A stretch of 64,000 bases of DNA from Eledone cirrhosa (GCA_964016885.1 OZ024740.1:168082001-168146000); one strand, 5' to 3'; counted from the stretch's first letter, positions 1 through 12,979 are shown. The notes: generated by a model not told the origin, from the letters alone. Numbers and translations: made by a program.

Positions 1-1075
1 GTGATTTCTACACCGGGCGCAGCACAGCCGACCGAATAGTCACACTGCGGCAGCTCTTTGAAAAATCTAGGAAGTATTGCCAGGAGTGTATGCTTGTTTC
101 GTAGACCACGAAAAAGCTTATAAACGCATTCCACAGTACCTGTTGAGGAAGGTTGTATAGAAGAATGGGTTCGATAAACAGCTTCTTATTGCCCTGATGT
201 CTCTATATGAATGTCCTAGTATTTGTGTTCGGATAAATGGCGCTAAATAAAAATTTTTCAACAATGTGTATTGTAACCTCTTCTGTTCATAATCTTCATG
301 AATAGGATTTATATGCGCAGCCGGATTGGAAGTGATATCAGGACTGGCAGGTGTAAGATAAGTCGGCTGGAATTTTCAGACGACATAGTATTACTTAACA
401 CGTCAGAGGTGATCTTCGATAGGCACTTTACAGGTTAGCTGCCGATTGCTGTACGGCAGGAATGAAAATCAGTGCTGCGAGGACAAAGTCACTCATTCTC
501 TCAAGGAAGCCTTCACAGGGCACTCTACATGTAAGTTCCACTGAAGTAGATGGAGATGTTCTAGTATCTCGGGGCCATTTTCAAGAGTGATAGAAGGTGG
601 AAGGCTGAATTAAGTGCAAGAATTGCAGAAGCTGGTGTATTACTGCATTCAATAATCAGAGGGGAGGTAGGTATAAAAGCCAAACTTGCAATCTTCTATT
701 CGGTATTCGTGCCAACCTTTGGTCATGAATCTTGGGTAATGACTGAAATAATACGATTGTATCGCGAATACAAGCGGCTGAAATGGAATTCCTATGAAAG
801 GTCTTTTCTTGATAGAATGCGTAGCTCGGAGAGCAGGAAATCGCTGCATGTAGAGCCGCCACTATTCAGAATTGAGAGATCACAGGTCCGATATCACGGT
901 CAGGATGCCTCAAGAAAGAATCGCTGGACAGATTTTACGGGCAAATCCAACTGGCAACAGACCCGATCGGTAGACTGGAGCAAAATGGACCAATAACATC
1001 CATGAGCTCGGCTGATCTCGCTTGTGGATCCAGCCGAATTAGTCGCTTCTGACAGGACAAGAAGAAGAAGAAGAA
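1..1075 (+). mobile_element. Degenerate RTE-clade LINE (Rex3/Expander-like), RT and 3' region, runs off window start
   Basis: Frameshifted translation gives LEFSDDIVLL (FADD-like) and GMKISAARTKSLIL. ORF 709-996 reads FGHESWVMTE...DRMRSSESRKSLHVEPPLFRIERSQ, typical of the RTE C-terminus. Ends in a (GAA)n tail. Confidence 0.75.
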
Positions 1076-1313
1076 ATTAATTAATTAATTATAACCATAT
1101 TAGGTATGAATTACTTCAATACTATTGCCAATATTAAATAATATACTTTTGTGCGACGTTCGAAGCACTCAATGCTGTTACGAGGTCCTTTTTACTTTCT
1201 TTACCTTTTATATTTTTTATCTTTTATTATTTATCCTTCACCCTTTAAATTTACACCTACTGTTACTCCGTCCCAGAAGAGGGTGAGGTAATGTAAATTT
1301 GCGTAAGTTTCCA

Positions 1314-1378
1314 CTCAGTGGGATCGAAACAGCGACCTTATAATTGCGATTTGAACCTCTTTACCATTCGGCCATGCC
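1314..1378 (-). mobile_element. tRNA-derived SINE head
   Basis: Minus strand GGCATGGCCGAATGGTAAAGAGG...GTTTCGATCCCACTGAG with Pol III A- and B-box-like motifs. Confidence 0.55.
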
Positions 1379-1453
1379 GTTTCCACATGCATACAGGATT
1401 ACAACAGAAGAAGCACTAGTATAAAACCTGAACCAACAAACCAAACACTACAA

Positions 1454-1616
1454 CAGGCGTGGGCAACCTTTTTCGAGCAGTGGGCGGCATAGGATGTGGA
1501 TTATCATATGGCGGGTCGCACTACAAAAAGATTCAAGGCAATTTTAAAATTAGGTGAGCCATTCAGAAATCCAAACAGGCCACATGCAGCTCGCGGGTCC
1601 CAGTTTATCCATGACT
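1454..1616. mobile_element. Degenerate hAT-type MITE
   Basis: Starts CAGGCGTGGGCAACCTT and ends GGCCACATGCAGCTCGCGGGTCCCAGTTTATCCATG, resembling Charlie/hAT MITE termini. Confidence 0.45.
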
Positions 1617-1740
1617 TCCCTACAATAATCCCAAAATAGTATAATGTACTGACAAAATCCTCCATCGCCAAATATACAACGCTGTTCAGATTCCTGGAAT
1701 ACAGACGTGTAACTGGATGATGATGATTATCATCGTGATG

Positions 1741-1777
<37 letters not shown>

Positions 1778-2065
1778 GGAAGAGGAACTAAATCACTTTT
1801 GACTTTCTAACTAAGAAGTAACATCAAAAGTTACCGAAATAAACTGTCGTTGCCATAATTTCCTACCGTTCTATTTATGTTGTTTTTATCGATTTTACTG
1901 TCAATAAGTTGGAGAAACTTTCCGTTTCCTCTATCCGCTGTGTCGCTATATATATATGCACATTAGTGTCTCTATATTTTTGTCTGTGTCTGTATATGCA
2001 GTCTATTGACTACTGATTTGTCTCTATATTTGCACACAATAATGGATGTATGTATGTATGTAAGC

Positions 2066-2108
<43 letters not shown>

Positions 2109-2113
2109 CATAA

Positions 2114-2187
<74 letters not shown>

Positions 2188-2190
<3 letters not shown>

Positions 2191-2675
2191 AGGTCGCTAT
2201 CGAGTGCTAGTGTTAACATGTAATCCAGTACAACCTGTTTCATGGTCGAGGCGTCGGCGACTAAACCGGCAACCCCACCGGGGATATTTGGACACCCTGC
2301 GGGATGAAAAAGGCGGGGGAACACAGCGGAGTCATCGGCCATCCAAATTGTACTTTTTTTTTTTTTCACGTGAGGGTGAAAGGCCCCCAGTTGTTGTCAC
2401 AACACCTTTCTAGGAGAGGGAAACTCTGGAAAAAAACCTGCAGCTTCGGAAGCATCTGATGATGTTGACCACTTTTCCTTTTCGGGGAGTGTTTTCGATG
2501 CTCAGAGAGTGGGATTGGTCGAGTGCAAGGCCTTGGCCCACTTAAAAAAACCTTCAAAGCACAGGCATTGCTTGTTCAGGATCTGTTACGCGGTTCGTGT
2601 GGCTGGCCGTAGCCTAAAAGTGCAACGAATGCTGTAATCTGACAAGCGATTGCAATACTCTTAGCAGAGTTTTCA

Positions 2676-2681
<6 letters not shown>
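2188..2681. mobile_element. GC-richer interspersed fragment between two (TA)n tracts, possibly a LINE 5' UTR
   Basis: Sharp composition change with (TA)n on both sides. TAGGAGAGGGAAACTCTG resembles motifs in RTE-type 5' regions. No coding signal. Confidence 0.3.
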
Positions 2682-2737
<56 letters not shown>

Positions 2738-3027
2738 ATCCATCCATGTGCCCTGGAAGATCTGATGGAGCCATTATTGAGGCACCGTTTTTGACATTTA
2801 AACTCATCCCTCTCTAGGCCTAAGCGCAACCGATTTCTTTCAGCGTGGGGGGGGGGGGTTATTGATCAAGTATCAACCCCAGTATTGGACAGAAACTGTA
2901 TCTATTGAACTAGTCAGGATGAAACGCAATCTGTACCTCGTGGAATTTTAACTCAGAGCACAGAGAACCAGAAAGATTAACACGAAGCACTCTTGTCGAC
3001 ATTCTAACGACTTGCCACTTCGCTGGA

Positions 3028-3097
<70 letters not shown>

Positions 3098-4410
3098 GTA
3101 CGTGTGTGTCTTTTTGGGGTGCTAGATCTGGAGGAAAATGCTGTGCCTATGGCCTCGACGACTGCTTGGTTGCTCAAATGAAGACCTGGGTGAAGTGGAT
3201 TGTCCCCGACCCCGTGAACACAACATGAGTGATGATGAAAGGACGAAACATGAATGTATCGGAGGGGCCTGAGTTGTCGTGGCATAAGCTATAATTCTTT
3301 TGTATAATCTTCAGCCTGTTTTGATTCTGTTCACAGCTAGAATGCTTTATAGGAATATGAAATCTATTCTAGTACTTCAGCGCAGGGTTGGCGCTAATAT
3401 TAGGCCAACTAGACAGCCACCTTGGAAACAAACCTTCGAGGGGTGCATTAAAACCTTAAATAATCAGTTTCATACACATTTATTTAACTAAATTAAATAC
3501 ATAATAATTTCCTGCGATTAATACATATATCACTAAACATATTTGCTCCGTAGCAAAGTGTTAAAAATATCCAAAATGGTAGAGAGTGTTTTGTGGTGCT
3601 GCGATCTTTTGCAGGATATATAATGTTTTAGTCGGTGTAGTGGAAAATTCAGATTTACTAATTTTGTTAGTGTGATTGGAATACGAAGAGTCATATACTA
3701 AGCTCTTCAGCTTACCAAACTGTAAGCTGTAATTATTTTATTTGGGAGCATTGGGAGCATAACTGGGAGAAGGGGGAACACATTGTAGAGCTAGCCATGA
3801 GCACCCAGGTACCGGCTCTACTTGAACTGAATGATGAAATCAAAGTGAATCTCGGTTGAATTTGAAACCTCATGAGATCTGAACTCAGAGAAGTGACAGT
3901 ACACCAGACTCTGAAAGCATCTTCTCTCGCGTCCCAAAAAATAGGAAGGGATGGAATAAGCGGGGGTGTGGTGGGGGTGAAATTAGCGGGAGTGGGGGAT
4001 CGGCAATGTTTCTAGGTTGTCTCCGTTGATTTAAAAAAAAAACAGAATTAGTCGTTTAGTTTACACATTAAAACTTCAAGCCATCCTATCTATTATATAA
4101 CGTATGGGATTTCTAGTAATGTACTTTTTTTGACATAATTTTTTTTAATGTCTAAAGAAGATTGTGGCAGGAATGCTACCACTTAAAATAACATTTCACC
4201 GGATATAGATTATCAACATTTAATAAGCGAGTGGTTTAGAGTTATAGCGGGAGGGGTTGGAAAAAATCTGAAAAATTAATAAGCAGGCGGGGAGGGGTGT
4301 ATTCGAGACCCGAGAGTACATTGGTATTCTGTTGTTTTGCATCATCTTCATGAAGACAGGCAAACATATATAAGAAGTTGTGACTTTAATGCCAGTCCCA
4401 GGGTTATTTT

Positions 4411-4992
4411 TTCTGCCTTAAATATAATTGTTTCTACTTTTGGTACAAGGCCAGAAATTACCCAGTACATTACTTGTACTTTATTTTATCGGCCCGTAAG
4501 GGTGAAAGTCAAAGTGAACCTCGGCGGGAATTGAACTCAGATTATAAAGGGGCGTAACTCTAGGCTGCAAAGCATGGCGTCCAACCTTCTACCAATACTG
4601 CCAATCCCCCTTCTGCCTTAAATATAATTGTTTCTAGTTTTAGCACAAAGCCAGCAATTACCCAGTACATTACTGGTACTTTATTTTATCGACCCCTAAG
4701 GATGTAAGGCAAAGTTAACCTCGGCGGGATTTGAACTCAGACCGTAAAGGGACGTAACTATGCTAGAAAGCATGGCGTCCAACCCTCTATCGATACTGCC
4801 CATAAATATAATTGTTTCTATTTTGGCACAAGGCCAGCAATTACCCAGTGCATTACTGGTACTTTATTGTATCGACCCCGTAAGGATGAAAGGCAAATTT
4901 AACCTCGACGGGATTTGAACTCAGAATGGCAAGGGCCATAACTCTATACGTCAAAGCATGGCGTCCGACTCTCTACCGATACTGCCAATCCA
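4411..4992 (-). mobile_element. Head-to-tail trimer of a tRNA-derived SINE (MetaSINE-like core)
   Basis: Three ~190-200 bp units (4411-4613, 4614-4800, 4801-4992). Each reads on the minus strand as TGGCAGTAT(C/T)GGTAGA..GAGTTCAAATCCCG..TTGCCTTTCATCCTTACGGGGTCGATAAAATAAAGTACCAGT with minor variants. Confidence 0.85.
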
Positions 4993-5695
4993 AATGGTTC
5001 TCGTCTAGGGCGATACTCGTCATCTCCAATCTCCTCACTCAATATGGTGTTAGCTTCAATTATTATATAAAGATAAAGCTCACGGGGGAGATAATGTAGT
5101 ATTCTAAGTAGTTTCCCTTGGAAATGTTTTTTTCTTTTTTCTATTCAACTATTTTTTAAAACTTAAATTTAAAGCCAGTAAAAAGAATCTCTCATATATG
5201 GATTAAATGCATATGGGAACATATATATAAGTATCTATATGTGTATATATGTAAACAATAAAATAAAGATAGGATTGTATCATAAACATTACATCGACAA
5301 TTAGCGAGTTATAAGAGTTATTTCCCTTGAATATTTTTATTCTGCCGAACATTTCTATTTTAAATTTTATGCGAGGCTCAATATAAAAGTTAACTGCGAC
5401 TTTTGTCACTCTTACCACATGAGGTATTAATCAATTAGAGAGTTTCTACGCGGTCACCTTAGAAATATCTGACAAAGATCCCTTAAATCCCTTGAAAAGA
5501 GAAAAAAACCACATAGAATAACGAAGCACCCAACACCGCCACGCCCTAGGCCCATCACCCATCACCCTCCCCCTTCCCTCTTCCATTCTTCTGTGACCCT
5601 AGAGCCTTTCCCTTCCCTTTCCACTTTTAAATATTTGTAGTAACTTTATTATTATTTTATAGAGATTCATTCATCTAGTTACTCATTTATTATTT

Positions 5696-5873
5696 GTGGA
5701 TTGGCAGTATCGGTAGAGGTTTGGACGTCATACTTTGCAGCATAGAGTTACGGCCCTTGACGGTCTGTGTTCAAATCCCGCGGAGGTTCACTTTGCCTTT
5801 CATTCTTACGGGGTCGATAAAATGATGTACTGGGGTAATTGCTGGCCTTGTGCCAAAAGTAGAAACAATTATT
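5696..5873 (+). mobile_element. Same tRNA-derived SINE, full length
   Basis: A box GATTGGCAGTATCGG, B box GTTCAAATCC, core GCCTTTCATTCTTACGGGGTCGATAAA. Confidence 0.85.
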
Positions 5874-6327
5874 TCATAATGTAAATAACACGAGATGGTC
5901 ATGACTGAAATATGTTTGATTATAGGTTTGCTCAATCAGGACTAATATAAGCTAAACAAACTAAAACTTAACAACCACAACAGCTTGTTTAAATAAGATG
6001 TATGGGTGTATTTACGGCAGTCTTAAAACTTGGTTTTATAAATCTGTAAGTAAGGGAGTGAATTAATAGAATGGTTAAAGCATCAGATAGAACGCAGTAT
6101 TTGTAACGACTTAGTTTTTAAATAGCGGCGAGGTCAACTTTACCATTTACCTTTCCAGTTTCTATAATTAAAAGTCAGATTCAGATTAAATGTTTTTTTA
6201 AAGACCCTAAGCACTTAAAAAGAATTATAGTGCCCCTTCTCCCTACATAAAATCTGCAAACGTATGATTTTTTCATAAATACATTTCATTTGAATAAGAA
6301 TTTATTACAGGGAAAAAATATTTCAAA

Positions 6328-6380
<53 letters not shown>

Positions 6381-7339
6381 AATGTAATCTGAGTTTTTCG
6401 AATATTAATAACTAGCAGTAAAGCCCGGCGTTGCACGGGGCTGCTCAGTAGCTGTGTTAAAGTTACAATGTTAAGTTCCTTTCTTGGCTTAAAAACTGTA
6501 GAGTCTACAGTGTAGACTTTCATGTGGTACTTTTGATTAATATTCCCTCAACCAACAGTATGCCTTATGAAGTTAAGAAAACATAACCATAACTCGAATG
6601 TTAAAACAAAAGAGGATGCTGGGGATAAAAACTGCACCGGTAATCTATTAACAAAAATCGAAAATGTAAACACTGCAACACTTGTCTCAGATAAAAACAT
6701 CAGCGTAACCAAACTATCAGTTATTTTGAAACAAAGAAATTGAATGGACATGAAAAACAAAAACAAAATGCAATTTCATCGCCTATCACCTCTCTGCACT
6801 ACTGTCTGTCTGCACAACTTTATCGCCTATATCACCTCTCTACACGACTGTCTGTCTGCACAACTTTATCGCCTATAGCAGTAAAGCCCGGCGTTGCTCG
6901 GGGCTGCTCAGTAGCTGTGTTAGAGTTACAGTGTTATGTTCCTTTCACATCCATCTGTAGAACAAACGTAGCCCATGTGTCAAGTTTTGTGAAAATCGGT
7001 TGCGAACTCCAGAAGTTATGACATTTTGTTGCATTGCACTGCAGTACTTCATTCGACTCCAAGGAAGTGGTTAAAGGGGGTTATCTGCCGGGAGGCCCTA
7101 TAATCAATATCTGGAAAAATGAAAGTGCCCATGTCCATCCGGAGTACATAAGTAACCTATGTCTTAAGTTTGGTGAAAATACTCTAGAAATGCATAATGT
7201 TTACACACGCGTATGTGTGTGTTTGTGTGTGTGTATGTATTTGTGTGTGCGTATGTATATGTATGTGTATGTCCGTCGGCGCATACGTATGTACTGGCCT
7301 AAATCTTCACTATTTACTTTTACTATTTTAAGGCAAAGT

Positions 7340-7452
7340 TAAAATCCCGTCGAGGTTAACTTTGCCTTTCATCCTTACGGGGTTGATAAAATAAAGTACC
7401 AGTAATGTACTGGGAAATGCTGGCCTTGTGCCAAACGTAGAAACAACTATTT
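7340..7452 (+). mobile_element. 5'-truncated copy of the tRNA-derived SINE
   Basis: Core TTGCCTTTCATCCTTACGGGGTTGATAAAATAAAGTACCAGT and tail GCTGGCCTTGTGCCAAACGTAGAAAC. Confidence 0.75.
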
Positions 7453-7454
7453 TA

Positions 7455-7803
7455 ATAACCTCTGTCATTTTCGTTTACAATTTTATTTACATCATTCTTA
7501 AACTCCGGGGCTGGAAATCATTCGGTTATTTTAAATAGAATATTAGTCTAACGACTCCATTTATACCATAAACATATCGTCTTTGCATGAAATTGTTCTT
7601 CTCGGTCCACATAACGACGTATTATCCTCACTTTCTTTCCGTTCATTACCACGGAACGTCTTCACGAACCAAAATATCGTCTTCCTGTTTTCCTTCGGTT
7701 GCAACGTTTCTCGAAATATTTAATTCTGCGTTCACAGATTGAATTTTTTAGTTTAAGAAGATCCCGTTAATGTTGAAAGCAGCGATTCTTTGCTTAAACT
7801 TTC
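7455..7803 (+). repeat. Unclassified interspersed repeat (also 9050-9203 +, 11468-11665 -, 48130-48632 +)
   Basis: Shared ..CGGTTGCAACGTTT..GAAGATCCCGTTAAGGGTGAAAGCAGCGATTCTTTGCTTAAACTTT. Three of the four copies end next to TA runs. Confidence 0.75.
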
Positions 7804-7840
7804 TTTCTTTCTCAAACCCTCTCCCTTTTTTCTCATATCC

Positions 7841-7871
<31 letters not shown>

Positions 7872-7887
7872 CTCTCTCATTCATACC

Positions 7888-7957
<70 letters not shown>

Positions 7958-8576
7958 TCTACAGAATGGAGAACAATAAAGAACGCGCAGATCTCTCTTT
8001 CTCTCTGTCTTTATATATATATGTGTTTGTGTGTGTGTGTGTGTGTGTGAACCAGCGTTCGTCGCCATTCTCTCTCTCTCTCTTTCTCTCTCTCTATCTG
8101 ATTATATTGTACCTCTCTCTGTATAACGACCTATCTCACTCTCTCTCTCTACACCTCCCTTTCTCTCTTCAGATGTATGTGTGTGTGATATATATATAGA
8201 GAGAGAAATTTGCAACATGTATGTAGTTTCATAGATTTTTTAGGGTAGTAGTAAGAGGAATTAAGCGTGTAAGAGAGAGGGTTACAGCATGTATTTAGTT
8301 TTATCGATTTTATTTTCATAGAAGCAGGAAATTTTTGGCAAAGTTTATTCGCGTTGATCATCCTTGGTAAATTTGGAGCACATTGGGAAAAAAATCCTCA
8401 AAATCGGTAGAGAAATGTGGAAATGCATAAAAATCATACACACACACACAGACAGACATCTTCCGTTTTATATATAGAGAGATAACATTCGATTCATTTG
8501 CAATTTTGCAAACAACCCTCAATTTTATAGCCATGTCAGTAGAATGAACACTTCATTCTTGTTCTTGTGTTGACAT

Positions 8577-8642
8577 GCGAACAGAACTGCAGACACTAAT
8601 GTTTCTGGGTATCACCCTTCATCAGTACAGCTCACTGTTCAC
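8577..8642 (-). ncRNA. Type I hammerhead ribozyme motif (family A)
   Basis: GTGAACAGTGAGCTGTA-CTGATGA-A-GGGT gat ACCC-A-GAA-ACA ttag TGT-C-TGCAGTTCTGTTCGC: stems I, II, III and a GUC site. Confidence 0.75.
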
Positions 8643-8819
8643 TTGCCAAACTGTCAGAGCTAGTGAAAATATATGCTATTTTCAAAAATACACAGTGACT
8701 GACCGGCCTGATTTGCAGACTGGCCGATCAGTCAGATCTGCATATTAGCAGATCCACTGATCAGCCAGATTTGCATATCAGCAGACTGGCCAGTAAGTTT
8801 CCTATATACTAGCGATAAA

Positions 8820-9053
8820 TGGCCGGCTTTGCCAAATTCAAAATAAAAAAAAAAATTTCGCTCTACATGGCTGAATACAAAAAATGTAATCTGAGTTTTT
8901 CTACTGACATGGCTATAAAATTGAGGCTTGTTTGCAAAATTGCAAACGAATCGAATGTTATTACTAATATTCGAAAAACTCAGATTACATTTATTGTATT
9001 CAGCCATGGAGAGCGAAATTTTATTTTTTATTTTGAATTTGGCAAAGCCGACC
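8820..9053. repeat. Hairpin: ~80 bp inverted arms around a module that is also inverted at 8483-8545
   Basis: 8820-8900 is the reverse complement of 8973-9053. This explains the mirror-image ORFs 8732-9118(-) and 8819-9202(+). Confidence 0.8.
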
Positions 9054-9210
9054 AAAGTATCGTCTTCCTGTTTTCTTTCGGTTGCAACGTTTTTCGAAAT
9101 ATATACTTCTGCGTTCACAGATTGATTTTTTTTTTGTTTCAGAAGATCCCGTTAAGGGTGAAAGCGGCGATTCTTTGCTTAAACTTTAATCTGTTATTTT
9201 AATATATATC

Positions 9211-10076
9211 ACCACCTTCCAGGGTCCCAACGGCCACTCTCTCTCGGTCTGGCATGCCTTCCGCTGCACCTCCTCCAACCAAGTCTACGGACTTCGCTGC
9301 ACGGAGTGCAGCGCGACGTATGTCGGACAGACGGGACGTCGCCTGGCGGACCGAGTCACGGAGCACCTCCGGGACATTCGTCTCGGGGGCAGTTCCCCCA
9401 TCGCCCGCCACTTTGGTGGCCCTGGACAGTCCGCACGCCATCTCACAGTCTGTGGCCTACTCCAGTGCCACGGAACACCCGCCCATCGCCTTACGGTCGA
9501 ACAACGCACTATCTTCATCTTACAGACCCTCACTCCCCCCGGCCTGAACTCCCCACCCTTATTCCTTTAGCGTTCGACCGCCCCCCTCCCCCCACACTTA
9601 TCCCCCACTAACACCACTAACACACCCCTCCTTTTCACCGCCCACCCCACACTAACAATACTAACACCTCCACTCCACCTCTCATCTGACCACCCTTCCC
9701 CAACTAACATACTAACATCCCTTCCCTCCCCTCTTCTCCTCCTCCCCCCTCCTTATCACACGCACACACGCACCCACTTACACCACCCACCCCACACGCA
9801 ACTAACATCACTAACACCCCCCAACCCCACGCACACGTACCCACACACCCTCGTACACCACCAACTCTACACACCCTACCACCACTAACCCCCACTCACA
9901 CCTGCTTTCCACCCCTCCCCACCTCCCGTATACATACTAACACCCACTAACACCACTTCACCAAACTACACACACACCAGTACACCACACTCCCTCCATA
10001 GAACCACACACACCCTTCTCTCCCCGCTCCACCCACACCCCCGCTCCACACTCACTCATCCCACTAACACCCCTAC

Positions 10077-10141
<65 letters not shown>

Positions 10142-10641
10142 CCTCACTCCAACTCTCACACCTACCCATCCTCGCCTCCCTACCATTCCACCGACTGCTG
10201 CTATGCCCTTCCGACCACCTCTCAGCACCAACTGACCACAGCACTCCCACTGCTGACCACTTCCTGTTGCGCGCGCACCCCACATCTCTCCTCTTCCGAC
10301 CACCGCTTCTTGGATTACCCACACGCGAAATTGACTTCTAACCAAATCTCCAAACATCCGTGGAAATTACCAACTTTTCAACCATCCTCTTACGCCATCA
10401 CCTATATAACTCACCCACACACACACCCCAAAAAATTTTTTCCCCACACGCCACCCACACCCACAACACGCTTAAACCACACACACGTGCTTCCCACCAC
10501 ATATTTACACCCTTAGCCTCCTGATTCCTATCCCCCCACCCCCCTATCCACACACGCACAGACACTCCGACCCACAAAAACACCCCCCACACACACCTCT
10601 TCCTGAACATGCAACCCCGTTCTTCCCCCGACCCTCACTTT

Positions 10642-10678
<37 letters not shown>

Positions 10679-11120
10679 CTAACCACACACACCACCTTCA
10701 GCCCTCCCCGCTCGGACACCCCGTCTCCCTCTCCCCACTCCACCCGCCACCACCCCTACTCACCCCACACCCTTCCACCACCTGTTTACCCCCCTTTTAA
10801 TTTCAGTTTATTTTGATCATGCCTTTATTTTTAAATTTTCTCATTCCTTGTATTTTGATCATGCTTTATTTTTATTTATTATATTTTTTGTCTTTATTTG
10901 TTAATTTTTAATTTTTCATTCGCACCGTTTCCTTTCGCTATATGTCTCTTCACCACTCCCCTACACACCTTTTGAACTCTGTTCCCACACACTTCTCACC
11001 TGAAGAAGGGCTTATGCCCGAAACGTCGTCCCCCACCTACCCCCCACTCTCCTGAGCGTGAATTTAATAAACATTTATTGTACTGTCTCTCTGTTCTGTC
11101 CCTGTTCAAATTTTTCATTA
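9211..11120 (+). mobile_element. 5'-truncated Penelope-like element (GIY-YIG endonuclease, C/A-rich 3' region, hammerhead)
   Basis: ATG-less open frame 9211-9570: FRCTSSNQVYGLRCTECSATYVGQTGRRLADRVTEH...IARHF...EQRTIFILQTLTPPGLN. AATAAA near 11066. Flanked by TA runs. Confidence 0.85.
11000..11030 (+). ncRNA. Minimal hammerhead motif of PLE type
   Basis: CTGAAGA-A-GGGC ttat GCCC-GAAAC-GTC. Stem I is not evident. Confidence 0.65.
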
Positions 11121-11130
11121 TATATATATA

Positions 11131-11262
11131 GGTAAGTTATTCCGGGTTGAATCGGAAGTAACCACAGTAAGTAAGGCACTCAATATATAGCAGAGTATAA
11201 AAGTTTTAATATAGATGAGATTCTACAGGACTAGAACTGTTTCATTCTTGAGAAATCATCAG

Positions 11263-11265
<3 letters not shown>
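11131..11265 (-). mobile_element. Short hammerhead-bearing unit (family B) in (TA)n
   Basis: Minus strand CTGATGA tttctcaagaat GAAAC agttcta GTC (TCATCAG at 11256-11262). Homologues at 40855-41046, 45604-45742 and 47224-47362. Confidence 0.65.
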
Positions 11266-11356
<91 letters not shown>

Positions 11357-11357
11357 A

Positions 11358-11463
<106 letters not shown>

Positions 11464-11689
11464 TTATTTATTAAAATAACAGATTAAAGTTTAAGCAAAA
11501 AATCGCTGCTTTCACCCTTAACGGGATCTTCTGAAACTAACAAAGTCAATCTGTAAACGCAGAAGTGGATATTTCAAAAAACGTTGCAACCGGAGGAAAA
11601 CAGGAAGACGATACTTTGGTTCGTGGAAACGTTCCCTATGCAAATAAGTAATGGTATAAACATAACATATACTTAGCTACCACATCAAG

Positions 11690-12460
11690 ACGTAAAATAT
11701 CCACGTATAGATCGTACTATCCGTTAGGGTATAATGTGGGGCTGTAATACAGGAAAGCTTTATGCAATTTATGTTTACAAGCCGAAATTGCCTCAGATCT
11801 TTTGCTTAAGATGTGGTCTGTGGCGTAGAGTATTTCCAGGGCCTCAGCGGCGCAGAGGTCACATGGTCTTTTATTTCCGTTATACGATCTAGCCCTAGCT
11901 AGGATCTCACAGTGTAACTTATATTGGGTGTGGTTGTCTTTTAGACTCCAGATATAAGCTGAAAGTGACGTCATATTCCTTCTTAGAGGGTAACGAAAAG
12001 AATGGGTATGCATGTAAAGACGCTGCTTGAATCTATTGGCGGTTAACCCTATGTAGGCCCTACGGGACATGGGTGTGTTAACCTTACATGTGTAGACAAT
12101 GTTACTAGAGAGGCATTTCCCGGATAGGGGGCAATCAACCCGATTCCTACAATTACAGTTAGTACTAACTACAGGGTTGCACGTGTTCCTACGGCTAGGT
12201 AGTTTAGCTAAATGTGAAGCTGTGATGTTATGTGCAGGTTAGGAGTCGTAGAGTAAGAAATTTGAATAGTATTTCTATTAAAAATGTTAGTATATTTATG
12301 TGTAGGGGGGAAATGCTTCGTAATAAGGGTTAGAAAGATCTTAGCTAATGGTGTGGCCACCTCCATATTATATGGTGGGTTATACCATATAATGTGTCGG
12401 GATCTATTTCTTCTAGGTCTATTCTCGTACTCTGTATATGCTACCTTATCGACAAATCCA
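11690..12460 (-). mobile_element. Penelope-like element 3' fragment, Hydra-clade-like GIY-YIG
   Basis: RSRHIIWYNPPY..KHFPPTH..IFNRNTIQISYS, then after a frameshift CNCRNRVDCPLSGKC..IVYTC..YIGLTANRFKQR..H..SF..LSAYIW..CDLC..KRSE..CKH (ORF 11717-12070). Confidence 0.8.
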
Positions 12461-12509
12461 CTCCGAGCAAGAGCTTATTATTATTATTATTATTATTATT
12501 GTTGTTGTT

Positions 12510-12720
12510 ATTCCTTGAATCTCAGTCATTGATGTTGGTTAACTGGAAAGTCCGTTGGAATGAATATCAAGCCACTACCTGCAGCCTCAGATATTCAGGA
12601 CGTATCGGAGGGTTCTTGCTGTTCCAAGCAAGCATGCTTTTGAAGCGTTCCAAAAAGCGTGAAGGGATCGATTTTCTTTAACCATCCCTGGAAACTTTTG
12701 GAGATAGTCCCCAGTGCGCA
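12510..12720 (-). mobile_element. 3' fragment of an RLE-type non-LTR element (Dong/R4-like) in (TAA)n
   Basis: ALGTISK...LQKACLLGTARTLRYVLNI*, then a short 3' UTR. (TAA)n on both sides (12475-12510, 12720-12745). Confidence 0.75.
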
Positions 12721-12728
12721 TTATTACT

Positions 12729-12821
<93 letters not shown>

Positions 12822-12979
12822 GTTATATTTAATTTGTTGGGATACAACAAGGTAAAATATTTTTATAACTGATATAAAGCACTCAACAAATTATTGGAGT
12901 AAATATATCCAGGAAGCTCCAACCGTTAGGGTTGCATATTTTCAGGGTATGTCAATATCTGTTTATAAAACTAATCTGT

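Larger units (their letters stand above)
6411..8482 (-). mobile_element. Non-autonomous Helitron-like remnants (composite, interrupted by other repeats)
   Basis: Minus-strand 3' end CCCGTGCAACGCCGGG hairpin plus CTAG at 6412-6440, partly repeated at 6877-6903. AAGTTTGGTGAAAAT-type internal motifs. Putative 5' end TCTCTCTATATATAAAACGGAAGATGTCTGTCTG near 8480. Confidence 0.45.

Noticed and set aside
1314-1378. Functional tRNA genes here and at 5696, 13785, 44495 and 52049
   Set aside because: A/B boxes are present but no clean cloverleaf; most continue into SINE bodies, some with TSDs
3231-3260. Highly degenerate hammerhead-like strings at 3231(+), about 56355-56385(-) and about 60860-60895(-)
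   Set aside because: Several core changes or a missing stem; cannot be distinguished from chance by eye
11601-11640. AAGACGA-TAC..GTG-GAAACGTTC hammerhead-like string in the unclassified repeat
   Set aside because: CU of the core is absent in all copies and stem II is weak
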